Source of the DNA: Bacteroidota bacterium
GTDB taxonomy: Bacteria > Bacteroidota > Ignavibacteria > UBA10030
Assembly (NCBI GenBank): GCA_041695085.1
Contig: JBGFRO010000003.1
Location: 8,603 to 72,602 of the forward strand
Length of the DNA stretch: 64,000 nt
Direction: 5' to 3'
Shown here: positions 44,043-55,098 of the stretch, in pieces
Numbering within the stretch: position 1 is the first letter of the stretch
Layout: each line of letters begins with the position of its first letter
Made by a program: the position numbers and the translations under genes
Notes under the pieces: generated by a model
Database searches by the model: none
Told to the model about the DNA's origin: nothing
Seen by the model: only the letters and a program-made list of their open reading frames with translations

Positions 44043-45217
44043 TACGATTCGCAGAAACACCGGTTGAACGCGAGGTGCAACTGACGCGAGAGGAAATGAG
44101 GCGTTACGGACGCCATCTTATCATGCCCGAAGTCGGTTTGAAGGGACAGCAGAGACTCAAATCGTCAAAGGTTCTCCTCATTGGGGCCGGAGGATTGGGT
44201 TCTCCGCTCGCTCTCTACCTTGCCGCGGCGGGGGTGGGAACGATCGGCATTGTAGACTTTGATGTGGTGGATGCCTCCAACCTTCAACGTCAAATCATCC
44301 ATTCAACGGCGGATGTTGGGCGACCGAAACTCGCTTCTGCGGCTCAGAGAATTCAATCGATCAATCCGAATGTTAAGGTTCGAACGTTCGCAACAGTGCT
44401 GAATTCTGAAAACGCGCTCGATATCCTGAGCGAGTTCGATGTGATCGTGGATGGCACCGACAATTTCCCGACCCGCTACCTTGTCAACGACGCCTGTGTA
44501 CTCCTCGGCAAGCCCAACGTGTATGGAAGCATCTTTCGCTTCGAAGGACAGGCGTCGGTATTTTACAGCAAGGAAGGACCATGCTATCGTTGTCTCTATC
44601 CAGAGCCGCCTCCCCCCGGACTTGTGCCGAGCTGTGCAGAGGGGGGAGTCCTCGGAGTCTTACCAGGCATTGTCGGAGCCATTCAGGCAACCGAGACGAT
44701 CAAGTTGCTTCTTGGTATCGGTGAGCCGTTAATTGGACGCCTGCTTTTGTTCGATGCACTGAAGATGAACTTTCGTCAGCTCAAACTGCGTAAAGATCGC
44801 CAGTGTCCAATCTGCGGCGAACGGCCCTCGATCCATACGTTAATTGATTACGAAGCCTTTTGTGGTGCGACCGTACGCGAGACAAGTCCAGATGAGAGGA
44901 CGGTACCACAGATCAGCGTTCACGATCTGAAGGATCGATTGAACAGAAGAGAAGACATTTTCTTGCTCGACGTTCGGGAGCCGCACGAGTACGACATTGT
45001 GAACATGGGCGGGTATTTGATTCCGCTCTCTGAATTGCCGCAGCGCGTCAATGAGCTTGACTCCGCCAGAGAGATCGTCGTTCATTGTCATCATGGTAGC
45101 CGCAGTGCGCGTGCCGTTCAGTTCCTCCGCGAGCTGGGCTTTCGAAAGGTCGTCAACCTTTCCGGCGGCATCGACGCCTGGGCTGAAGAGATAGATCCAT
45201 CACTTCCGCGTTATTAA
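44039..45217 (+). CDS. moeZ: MoeB/ThiF-type E1-like adenylyltransferase with C-terminal rhodanese domain (MoeZ-like)
   Basis: RYGRHLIMPEVGLKGQQRL…LIGAGGLGSP nucleotide-binding loop, CxxC pairs (CYRC, CPIC), and the rhodanese active-site loop CHHGSRS. Confidence 0.85.
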   Translation: MIRFAETPVEREVQLTREEMRRYGRHLIMPEVGLKGQQRLKSSKVLLIGAGGLGSPLALYLAAAGVGTIGIVDFDVVDASNLQRQIIHSTADVGRPKLASAAQRIQSINPNVKVRTFATVLNSENALDILSEFDVIVDGTDNFPTRYLVNDACVLLGKPNVYGSIFRFEGQASVFYSKEGPCYRCLYPEPPPPGLVPSCAEGGVLGVLPGIVGAIQATETIKLLLGIGEPLIGRLLLFDALKMNFRQLKLRKDRQCPICGERPSIHTLIDYEAFCGATVRETSPDERTVPQISVHDLKDRLNRREDIFLLDVREPHEYDIVNMGGYLIPLSELPQRVNELDSAREIVVHCHHGSRSARAVQFLRELGFRKVVNLSGGIDAWAEEIDPSLPRY

Positions 45218-45242
45218 GGATATAAAGAAAGGAGAGTAAAAA

Positions 45243-45533
45243 GTGAAACTGTTCGTTGTTCAACATCAGCATCCGGCAGAAACATGCCCGGCGCGTGATT
45301 CGCAAATGGCCCCCATGCTCCTCGCGCATTTATCGCGGCAAAATGCACAACGCTTCGGCGTCAATATCCACAGTGAGGCCGTCATTGATGGGGGGCATAC
45401 GTTGTACCTGATCGTTGAAGCGGAGAACAGAGAGAGTGTTTCGAAATTCATGGAGCCATTCGCCCAGGCGGGAACCGTTGAGGTTTTACCAGCCTCTCGA
45501 TGCGAGACTGTCGTCGAACGTGGAGAATGCTGA
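45243..45533 (+). CDS. Small conserved-looking hypothetical protein (Cys-containing)
   Basis: 96 aa. GTG start behind AAAGGAGAG. VKLFVVQHQHPAETCP…HTLYLIVEAENRESVSKFMEPF…RCETVVERGEC. No motif I can name. Confidence 0.5.
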   Translation: MKLFVVQHQHPAETCPARDSQMAPMLLAHLSRQNAQRFGVNIHSEAVIDGGHTLYLIVEAENRESVSKFMEPFAQAGTVEVLPASRCETVVERGEC

Positions 45534-45545
45534 AGCGAAGAAGGG

Positions 45546-45572
45546 AGGGGACGAGAAAATTGCTCGCCCCCT
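45546..45572. terminator. Possible bidirectional terminator hairpin between convergent genes
   Basis: AGGGGACGAG-AAAATTG-CTCGCCCCCT: a ~10-bp stem with one mismatch. The T-tract is weak. Confidence 0.35.
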
Positions 45573-45580
45573 TTGACGCC

Positions 45581-47101
<1,521 letters not shown>

Positions 47102-47273
47102 TCAATGAAGTGGCCTTGCATTTGCTTGCCGTAACATTTTTTCACCAACATCATCGAAGAACGACGGTTGCCTTACAACCGATGAGCAAGAATGACAACA
47201 AGCACGTTCGGAGGATCCCGTATCCGAATCCTCACCTTGCATTTCAAGGTGACTTCCTCTATCTTCACGGCAA

Positions 47274-48731
47274 ATGATTCCGCAAACCACTCTCGAAAAG
47301 CTCCGCTCCATTGTCGGGAAAGAGAACTTTCTCGACTCGCCGGAAGATAAGATTGCGTACTCGTACGACGGAACACCTCTTCTTCAACAACTCCCGGACG
47401 CAGCAATGATTCCCCGTTCGGTTGACCACATTTCACAAATCCTCCGCCTTGCAAACGATGAGGGTTTTTGTGTCGTACCCCGCGGTTCCGGTTCAGGACT
47501 GAGCGGCGGCTCCATTCCGGTCGAGAATTCCGTGGTGCTGTTGATGAACCACTGGAACAGAATTCTGGAGATCGATCAGAAGAATCTTACCGTGTGGGTG
47601 GAGCCGGGTGTGATCACGGCAAATCTTCACTCGACGGTGGAGGCCTTGGGACTGCTGTACCCACCCGATCCGGGAAGCGCAGCCATCTCTTCGATTGGCG
47701 GGAATGTTGCGGAAAATGCCGGAGGTCTGCGCGGACTCAAATACGGGGTGACGAAGAATTACGTGTTGGGTTTGGAAGTGGTTCTCCCCACTGGTGAGGT
47801 GGTCGTAACAGGGGGGAAGTCGATGAAAGATGTGGCAGGATACAGCTTGAAGGACTTTCTCATTGGATCGGAAGGGACGCTAGGGGTTATCACTCGCGTG
47901 CTGTTGCGTCTCATCCCCAAACCTCAGGCGTCGCGCACCATGCTCGCGTACTTCCATAAAATGAGTGACGCAGCGGAGACGGTATCTGAGATTATCGCCG
48001 CAAGGATCACGCCGGCGGCGCTGGAGTTTCTCGATAATACCACCATTCGATGCGTCGAAGACTACGCCAAACTCGGTTTGCCGACACATGTCGAATCGCT
48101 CCTGCTAATTGAGGTGGACGGAAGAAAAGCGGAAGTAGAGGAAGATGCGGAAAGGGTGGTGGGGCTGTGCCGAAAACACCATACCGTCGATGTCCGCATC
48201 GCAGCGAATGATCAGGAAGCCGTTCAACTCCGAAGTGCCCGGAAAGTTGCTTTTTCCGCACTCGCGAGAGTTCGACCGACAACGATCCTGGAAGATGCAA
48301 CCGTGCCGAGAAGTGAGGTTGCTCCGATGCTGGAGCGGATCAAATCAATCTCCTCAAAGTACAACCTCATCTTCGGAAATTTCGGGCATGCGGGGGATGG
48401 GAATCTCCACCCGACATGCCTGACGGACGAGCGGGACAAGGATGAGATCGATCGGGCGATGCGCGCTATCGAGGAGATCTTTCTTGAAGCAGTTCGATTT
48501 GGCGGGACCATCACAGGTGAACACGGTGTCGGGTTGGCGAAGCGAAAATTCCTTGAGCAAACGATGAGCGAACCTGCCATCGAAATGATGCGGAAGATCA
48601 AGGATGCACTTGATCCTCATCGTGTTCTCAATCCGGGCAAGATTTTCACGCTCCGACCGCGTTGCGAAGGACCTCTACCGACGAATCGGGAGCAGATCAA
48701 AAAGTTTCTTGAAATGGGAGCGTACACCTGA
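47274..48731 (+). CDS. glcD: FAD-linked oxidase, glycolate oxidase subunit GlcD-like
   Basis: FAD-binding PCMH motif VVPRGSGSGLSGG, and the C-terminal FAD-oxidase domain …GTITGEHGVGLAK…. Confidence 0.8.
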   Translation: MIPQTTLEKLRSIVGKENFLDSPEDKIAYSYDGTPLLQQLPDAAMIPRSVDHISQILRLANDEGFCVVPRGSGSGLSGGSIPVENSVVLLMNHWNRILEIDQKNLTVWVEPGVITANLHSTVEALGLLYPPDPGSAAISSIGGNVAENAGGLRGLKYGVTKNYVLGLEVVLPTGEVVVTGGKSMKDVAGYSLKDFLIGSEGTLGVITRVLLRLIPKPQASRTMLAYFHKMSDAAETVSEIIAARITPAALEFLDNTTIRCVEDYAKLGLPTHVESLLLIEVDGRKAEVEEDAERVVGLCRKHHTVDVRIAANDQEAVQLRSARKVAFSALARVRPTTILEDATVPRSEVAPMLERIKSISSKYNLIFGNFGHAGDGNLHPTCLTDERDKDEIDRAMRAIEEIFLEAVRFGGTITGEHGVGLAKRKFLEQTMSEPAIEMMRKIKDALDPHRVLNPGKIFTLRPRCEGPLPTNREQIKKFLEMGAYT

Positions 48732-48734
48732 TTT

Positions 48735-49979
48735 GTGTCCCAAAGAGCATTGACATATCGGCATCGACTTGACGCTCAGTTCGACCTTACGCACCTTGCA
48801 CCCCCGACGGCACGCAAAAGCTCTTTGAACGTTGGAGGAAAACTCATCACAAGAACGGAAGGTGAGTTCTGGACGTCGCGCCAGCGACAGGCTTCGTCGT
48901 TGCATGAAATCTCCTACCGCGCCTGCTTCAAACCACAGCTTCCCCGCTTTTTTATCGAACACCTGACGGTTCCGGGCGATCTTGTGTACGATCCGTTCAT
49001 GGGGAGAGGAACGACGCCGCTTGAGGCAGCTCTGCTTGGACGCGCGATTGCAGGGAACGATCTCAATCCACTGAGCGAGCTGCTGCTTCGACCGCGACTT
49101 GAACTCCCCGCGCTTGAAGAGGTGCACAAGCGTCTTGTGAAACTCGCGCTTGACAACAGCGCGAAAGCGGAATTTGACCTTTCGATGTTTTACCATCCAT
49201 CGACAGAAGGGGAACTGGTTTCCCTAAGACATTATCTCCTGATGCAAAAAGCTACCGGAAAGGAGGATGCCGTCGACCGATGGATACGAATGGTGGCAAC
49301 GAATCGGCTCACGGGACATTCGGTGGGATTTTTCTCTGTCTACACGCTGCCTCCGAATCAGGCAACAACGCCTGGAAATCAAAGAAAGATCAATGAGAAG
49401 AGGAAGCAGCGCCCTCCGTATCGGGATGTAAAATCGATCATCTACAAAAAATCTCGGTCGCTTCTCAAAGATATCTCAAGTTCAGATGTCAAGCGATTAC
49501 AGTCGGCTCTCGCGAGCGCTCTGCTCCTTTCAACGCGGGCCGATCGAACAGCGGATATTCCGAACTCATCAGTTCAACTTGTAGTTACGTCACCACCGTT
49601 TCTCAACGTTGTCGACTATTCACAAGACAACTGGTTACGGCTCTGGTTTAATGGAATTGATTTGAAACAAGTTGATGGAAAGCTCAGTGTTCATGCGTCG
49701 ATTGAACAATGGAGAAAGACAATGGGTTTCGTCTTCCGGGAGCTCTTCCGCGTTGTTCGGCCGGGGGGATTTGTGGCGTTTGAGGTGGGAGAAGTTCGAA
49801 AACAGAACGTCCTTCTCGATGAAATCATTGTTCCCGTTGGTGAGGAGGCGGGCTTCCTTTGTGCAGGTATTTTGATCAACCGTCAACAATTCACCAAGAC
49901 CTCCAATATCTGGGGAATTAACAACAATGAGGGAGGCACGAACACGAATCGGATCGTCGTGTTCAGGAAACCGAGATGA
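48735..49979 (+). CDS. Site-specific DNA methyltransferase (N4/N6 amino-MTase, SPPF catalytic motif), orphan
   Basis: AdoMet motif VYDPFMGRGTTPLEAALLGR…GNDLNP at aa ~85-112. Catalytic VVTSPPFLNVVDY at aa ~284-296, followed by …FRVVRPGGFVAFEVG. GTG start 3 nt after the glcD stop. Its stop overlaps the rhomboid start. Confidence 0.75.
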   Translation: MSQRALTYRHRLDAQFDLTHLAPPTARKSSLNVGGKLITRTEGEFWTSRQRQASSLHEISYRACFKPQLPRFFIEHLTVPGDLVYDPFMGRGTTPLEAALLGRAIAGNDLNPLSELLLRPRLELPALEEVHKRLVKLALDNSAKAEFDLSMFYHPSTEGELVSLRHYLLMQKATGKEDAVDRWIRMVATNRLTGHSVGFFSVYTLPPNQATTPGNQRKINEKRKQRPPYRDVKSIIYKKSRSLLKDISSSDVKRLQSALASALLLSTRADRTADIPNSSVQLVVTSPPFLNVVDYSQDNWLRLWFNGIDLKQVDGKLSVHASIEQWRKTMGFVFRELFRVVRPGGFVAFEVGEVRKQNVLLDEIIVPVGEEAGFLCAGILINRQQFTKTSNIWGINNNEGGTNTNRIVVFRKPR

Positions 49980-50650
49980 TTCCGCTCAAAGATCGAAATC
50001 CAACCCATAAGGTTCCGTTCGTTACGATCACATTGATCATCGTGAACGTGGCAGCGTTCCTCTATGAAGTGTCGCTGGGGGAAGAAGCGCTCAGGATGTT
50101 GTTTGATTCGTATGGTGTTGTTCCTGAGAGGTTTTTTCTTGCGCTTCTTGGTGAAGAAGCTTTGAGCGACGTCATGATTTCATTTTTTACGTCGATGTTT
50201 CTGCACGGCGGAGTTGTCCACCTTGGCGGAAATATGCTCTACCTTTGGGTCTTTGGTGACAACGTCGAGGATAAGCTGGGGCATGGACGATTTTTACTGT
50301 TCTACTTGCTTTGCGGTATCGCCGCTACCTCACTGCATATCTTTATTGATCCGACATCACCCATCCCAACCATCGGCGCAAGTGGTGCCATCTCAGGCGT
50401 CCTCGGTGCCTATCTCCTGATGTTTCCCGGAGCACGCATTATTACCGTCATCCCCATCTTTGTTTTCCTTCAGGTTGCCGAGCTTCCCGCTCTCATTGTG
50501 CTTGGTTTCTGGTTTGTCATGCAGTTCTTCAACGGTCTTCTGTCCCTCGGCTTGCAAACAGCAGGAATGGGGGGAGTAGCATGGTGGGCACATATCGGCG
50601 GCTTTGTAGCCGGCCTCATCCTTGTAGTTCCATTTAGAAAATTCCGATAA
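49976..50650 (+). CDS. Rhomboid-family intramembrane serine protease
   Basis: Six TM segments. HGGVVHLGGNMLYLW (H/N motif), catalytic GASGAISG, and the AHIGGF histidine. Confidence 0.85.
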   Translation: MIPLKDRNPTHKVPFVTITLIIVNVAAFLYEVSLGEEALRMLFDSYGVVPERFFLALLGEEALSDVMISFFTSMFLHGGVVHLGGNMLYLWVFGDNVEDKLGHGRFLLFYLLCGIAATSLHIFIDPTSPIPTIGASGAISGVLGAYLLMFPGARIITVIPIFVFLQVAELPALIVLGFWFVMQFFNGLLSLGLQTAGMGGVAWWAHIGGFVAGLILVVPFRKFR

Positions 50651-51982
50651 GTGTTGAAACGGCAAGAAAATAACATCGCAGCCTTCAAGGGCATTGACGT
50701 GCCGGACTACGATGTTATTATTAATTGTATGCATTGTGGCTTGTGCTTACCCACCTGTCCCACGTACGCATTGACAGGCCAAGAGAAGTCTTCTCCGAGA
50801 GGTAGGATCCGATTGATCAAGGCAGTAGCGGATGGCATTCTGCCCATCACCGAGGGCTTTGTGGAGGAGATGAACTTTTGCCTTGATTGCCAGGCTTGTG
50901 AGACTGCCTGTCCGGCTGGAGTGAAATATGGATCCTTGGTCGAAGCAGCGCGAACACAGATCTATGAGAAAGGGTATGAAAAAAAGCTCTCATCTATTTT
51001 AAAATCAGTATTTCTTGTTTGGAGCTTCAAGCGTCATACAAGGCTTAAAATCATCGCGCGCTTTCTGCGATTTTACCAGATGACAGGTCTCAAGGACGCG
51101 CTCCAACGATCCGGACTCCTCGGATTGGTTTCCAAAAAGTTAGATGGGCTTCAACCGCTTACTCCAAAAATCGCGATGGAATTTTCAAGTGACATACTGC
51201 CAACTCTGCTCGAACCAAAAGAAGAGCTTCGGTTTCGGGTTGGATTTCTGACGGGCTGTATTATGGATGTAGCGTATTCCGATATCAACATCGATACCGT
51301 TGAGTTGCTACGGCGGGCCGGCTGCCAAATCGTGCTCCCTGAACGACAGGGCTGTTGCGGATCGTTGCAGGCGCATCATGGAGGAATGAGAGCCGCTCGC
51401 GAGATGGCCCGCGAGAATATTCTGTCATTCGGTAAGCAGTCACTTGACTACATCGTCATGAATTCTGCAGGGTGCGGAGCCTTTATGAAAGAATACGGCC
51501 ACCTGTTCGAACAGGATCAAGAAATCAGTTCGCTCGCCGCATCTATATCGGCCAAGACGAAAGATGTTACGGAGTTTCTGACACAAATTGGTTTCGACCA
51601 ATATCTGTCGAAATCTTCTTTCGATCATCCCTACGTTGGTAAGCGTGTAACGTATCACGATGCATGTCATCTCGTGCATACCCAAAAGGTCGCCTCCCCT
51701 CCGCGGAAGCTCCTTCGCTCGATTCGTGGCATCGATTTTATTGAGCTTCCGGAGTCAAGCTGGTGCTGTGGAAGCGCCGGTATTTATAACATCACGCGTT
51801 ATGAAGACTCGATGCGATTGCTTGATCGCAAGATCGATAATGTTCAAAAGATTGCACCGGATGTGATCGTGACGGGAAATCCCGGATGTCTCATGCAGAT
51901 CCAGCACGGTCTCAACAAGCGCGAACTACATATCGAGCTTGTGCATACAGCAACTTTCCTGAGAAGAGTGTGTGGCGCGTAA
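50651..51982 (+). CDS. glcF: (Fe-S)-binding CCG-domain protein, glycolate oxidase subunit GlcF-like
   Basis: CMHCGLCLPTCP and CLDCQACETACP ferredoxin motifs, plus two CCG domains (GCCGS, WCCGSAG). GTG start immediately after the rhomboid stop. Confidence 0.8.
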   Translation: MLKRQENNIAAFKGIDVPDYDVIINCMHCGLCLPTCPTYALTGQEKSSPRGRIRLIKAVADGILPITEGFVEEMNFCLDCQACETACPAGVKYGSLVEAARTQIYEKGYEKKLSSILKSVFLVWSFKRHTRLKIIARFLRFYQMTGLKDALQRSGLLGLVSKKLDGLQPLTPKIAMEFSSDILPTLLEPKEELRFRVGFLTGCIMDVAYSDINIDTVELLRRAGCQIVLPERQGCCGSLQAHHGGMRAAREMARENILSFGKQSLDYIVMNSAGCGAFMKEYGHLFEQDQEISSLAASISAKTKDVTEFLTQIGFDQYLSKSSFDHPYVGKRVTYHDACHLVHTQKVASPPRKLLRSIRGIDFIELPESSWCCGSAGIYNITRYEDSMRLLDRKIDNVQKIAPDVIVTGNPGCLMQIQHGLNKRELHIELVHTATFLRRVCGA

Positions 51983-52517
51983 GAAACAACTTGTAGCATA
52001 CTTGTCGGGGGGTATGGAATACGCCGAAGGAGAAGGAAGACACTGGCGTTCTGAGATGCAACAATGGCTAAAGTTCCATCTTAAACATCGCTCCTTTAAT
52101 CCAAACGAAGAAAGCAAGAAGTATCTTTCAAAACGAATAGATGAAGAACGGTTTCGCAAGCTCAAATCAACAGACTTCGAAACGTTTTCGAAGCTTGTCC
52201 GTGGCATTGTCGCGCTCGATAGTAGCACCATTGCCCGCCGAGTCGACTATGTGATCTGCTATTGGGATGAAAGCGCACAGCGAGGTGCCGGGACACAAGG
52301 AGAAGTGACACTCGCAAAGTACTTTGGCAAGCCTGTCTTCCTCGTTTCTTCCCTTCCAGCCGATCAAATTCCTGCTTGGATCATTGGTTGCTCAAGCAAG
52401 ATCTTCCGTTCATTCGAAGAGCTCAAAGCCGAGCTGAGTCAACGCTACTCCGATATGCCTCCGGGCGGCATGCGAAGGTATCATCAAACTCGTACGAAGA
52501 CTTCGGTTTCGAGATAA
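51972..52517 (+). CDS. Nucleoside 2-deoxyribosyltransferase-like fold protein (putative)
   Basis: VAYLSGGMEY…WR…NP…VDYVICYWDESAQRGAGTQGEVTLAKYFGKPVFLV resembles the YLAGP…GT..E…GKPV pattern of that fold. GTG start overlapping the glcF stop. Confidence 0.4.
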   Translation: MARKKQLVAYLSGGMEYAEGEGRHWRSEMQQWLKFHLKHRSFNPNEESKKYLSKRIDEERFRKLKSTDFETFSKLVRGIVALDSSTIARRVDYVICYWDESAQRGAGTQGEVTLAKYFGKPVFLVSSLPADQIPAWIIGCSSKIFRSFEELKAELSQRYSDMPPGGMRRYHQTRTKTSVSR

Positions 52518-52691
52518 CTGGCCTCCGATGCTCGCGAAGCGCCGTAATCGAGCTCATCAGTTCATACTGTAAATGGTTGGACTGGGTTCCCGAACGAGAG
52601 AAAATAGCAGACCCCGACTTGTTATTGAGGAACTTTCTCCTCATTTTGACACTGTCAGTTCATTCCATCATTGCAGGAAGGAGAAAATCCT

Positions 52692-53774
52692 ATGCACGAA
52701 TCGATGAAACGGCGCGATTTCATAAAATCTGCAGCATTCGCGGGAGCCGCAGCAGTCGTGTCACCTGAATTTGGCAATCTCGATGTATTCAGTGTTCAAA
52801 AGGGGACTTCCTTCAAGCCAGTCGTTCTCTCGAGCCACAATGGTCTGGTCGCGACGGCAAAAGCAATGGAGCTGATCAAACAGGGTAAAGATGCACTCGA
52901 TGCGGTGATTGCCGGCGTGAACATCGTCGAGGACGATCCGAACGATATGAGCGTAGGCTATGGCGGCTTGCCGAACGAGGATGGAGTTGTCGAACTCGAT
53001 GCCTCAGTTATGCACGGATCGACGGGCCGTGGGGGAGCGGTTGCGTCGCTCCGGAACATCAAAAATCCTTCCAAAGTTGCTCGACTCGTGATGGAGCGGA
53101 CCGATCACGTCTTACTGGTTGGGGAAGGGGCGTTGCGATTTGCCCGCGCACATGGATTCGAGGAGGAAGACCTCCTTACCGACGAAGCTCGCAACGCGTG
53201 GCTCCGTTGGAAAGAGAATCTGAGCAATGAAGATGACTGGCTGCCCCCTCACGATCTGGAAACACGAAATATCGGCGAGGGCTTAAAATCCGCTCTTCGA
53301 AACATGGGAACGATCAATTGCAATGCGCTCGACCTTCGTGGCAATATTTCGGGCGTGACCACGACGAGCGGACTGGCATGGAAAATCCCCGGACGGGTCG
53401 GCGATTCTCCGATTCTCGGAGCCGGTCTCTACGTCGACAATGAAGTGGGAGCGGCAGGATCAACCGGACGCGGTGAAGCCAACCTCCTGGCTTGCAGCAG
53501 CGTGATGATCGTCGAGTACATGCGGCAAGGGAAGAGTCCAGAACAGGCGTGTTTGATGGCTTGCGAGCGTATTGTGGGACAAACAAAGATGAAACGCTTG
53601 CTCGACGAGAAGGGAAGACCTAAGTTCAACGTTAACTTCTATGCGATCAACAAACGGGGCGAATATGGCTCCGCTGCGATCTGGAGCGGCCCAAAGTTCG
53701 CGGTCAACACGGGTGAAGCGCAAAGTCGACACGAGGATTGTGCCTACCTTTACAAACGGGATGCACGGAACTGA
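52692..53774 (+). CDS. Ntn-hydrolase asparaginase-2 family (glycosylasparaginase/isoaspartyl peptidase) with Tat signal
   Basis: MHESMKRRDFIKSAAFAGAAAV twin-arginine leader. …DASVMHG…GAVA…, autoprocessing-type GTI(N), and …GAAGSTGRGE…. Start set to the ATG at 52692 behind GGAAGGAG. Confidence 0.75.
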   Translation: MHESMKRRDFIKSAAFAGAAAVVSPEFGNLDVFSVQKGTSFKPVVLSSHNGLVATAKAMELIKQGKDALDAVIAGVNIVEDDPNDMSVGYGGLPNEDGVVELDASVMHGSTGRGGAVASLRNIKNPSKVARLVMERTDHVLLVGEGALRFARAHGFEEEDLLTDEARNAWLRWKENLSNEDDWLPPHDLETRNIGEGLKSALRNMGTINCNALDLRGNISGVTTTSGLAWKIPGRVGDSPILGAGLYVDNEVGAAGSTGRGEANLLACSSVMIVEYMRQGKSPEQACLMACERIVGQTKMKRLLDEKGRPKFNVNFYAINKRGEYGSAAIWSGPKFAVNTGEAQSRHEDCAYLYKRDARN

Positions 53775-53883
53775 AGCCGCGCTGTGGAGACCAATTCTCA
53801 TTGAGCAACGTGCAACCTGGGAAAATGTTCCGCGCATGGCGCGACGGGCGAAAAAACCGTGAGAGGCCATAACGGTAAGCGGC

Positions 53884-55098
53884 ATGCCGTGGCCACTCGC
53901 GTTCATCCTCGGAATTTTTCTACCGCTCATCGGCGTCAACTTGTATGTTGGACGCCGGTTGCTCGATGCCTTCACTGAGCGGTTTGGCTGGAATCGATCC
54001 AAAGTTAAAAAGGCTTTGTGGACGGTCCAGAGCTTCATCAATCTTCTTCCTGTTTTCTTCTTTTCCGCCTACCTCATTTACGGACGAGCCGCAAGCAGTG
54101 CATTTAGCGGTGAAGTGTTTCTGATCGATCTCCTGCTCACCTATCCTTTCTGGATTGGATTGGTCTTCGTTGTCCAGCTTTTCCTTCTTTTGTTGATCTT
54201 TGAGATCGTGAAGTTGATACTCTTACCTCTGTATTGGCGATACCGGCAAATGTGGCAGCGTCGCGAAACCCACGTGACTCTATGGACCGCCGGACTAACG
54301 GCTGTCTACGTTCTGTTGACAATCGTTATAAACACGTGGACGGTTCGGGTGGATGAACACGACATTCCCATACCCCCTGAGATGGCCGGCCTCGACGGTG
54401 TACGGATTGCACTCATTTCCGATATTCAGGCAGATGCTCGGACGGGAATAAACACCGTCACTCGTTTCGTGGAAAGGGTCAATGCACTTAGACCAGACGT
54501 TATTTTTAGTGCTGGCGACGTGGTAACCTCAGGCCGCAAGTATATCGGCATGGCGACCGAACTCCTGAGCCAACTCAAAGCGCCCTATGGAGTGTACGCG
54601 GTCGTGGGTGACCACGATATCTTTTCAGATAAGCAAATGGTGGTCGATCGATTGCGCCGTGGCGGCATTATCGTAGCAGAAGACACGACACTTACGATCA
54701 AATTCCGGGAAAAGGAGACCGTCGATGTTACGTTCGTCACCTACACGTATCGACAGCGACCCGATTTCGAATTGCTGAAGCGCCAGAACAATCACACGAA
54801 CGCATCATTCAAGATTCTGCTGGTGCATCAACCTGCTGAGCAGCTGGTTGATTTGGCAAAAGCGGGAGGATATCATCTTGTTCTCGCCGGGCATACGCAC
54901 GGCGGCGGCATTGCGTTCGGAATTCCTGGGTGCTTCATGGTTGCTCCTGCCTCGTTCGAAAGCCGATATCTGAGTGGGTTGTATAAAGCAGGTCAAACGT
55001 ACGTCGCTGTGACAAACGGATTAGGATTTACTCTTGCCCCTATACGTTACCACGCTCCCGCGGAGATTACGCTCCTCACGCTTACCGTACAACGTTAA
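53884..55098 (+). CDS. Membrane-anchored metallophosphoesterase
   Basis: Four N-terminal TM segments, then ISDIQAD, SAGDVV, VVGDHD and LAGHTHGG. Confidence 0.8.
   Translation: MPWPLAFILGIFLPLIGVNLYVGRRLLDAFTERFGWNRSKVKKALWTVQSFINLLPVFFFSAYLIYGRAASSAFSGEVFLIDLLLTYPFWIGLVFVVQLFLLLLIFEIVKLILLPLYWRYRQMWQRRETHVTLWTAGLTAVYVLLTIVINTWTVRVDEHDIPIPPEMAGLDGVRIALISDIQADARTGINTVTRFVERVNALRPDVIFSAGDVVTSGRKYIGMATELLSQLKAPYGVYAVVGDHDIFSDKQMVVDRLRRGGIIVAEDTTLTIKFREKETVDVTFVTYTYRQRPDFELLKRQNNHTNASFKILLVHQPAEQLVDLAKAGGYHLVLAGHTHGGGIAFGIPGCFMVAPASFESRYLSGLYKAGQTYVAVTNGLGFTLAPIRYHAPAEITLLTLTVQR

Noticed and set aside
48735-52517. Restriction-modification system around the DNA methyltransferase
   Set aside because: The neighbours are a rhomboid protease, an Fe-S oxidase subunit and an NDT-fold protein. 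None shows PD-(D/E)XK, HNH or other nuclease motifs that I can see.
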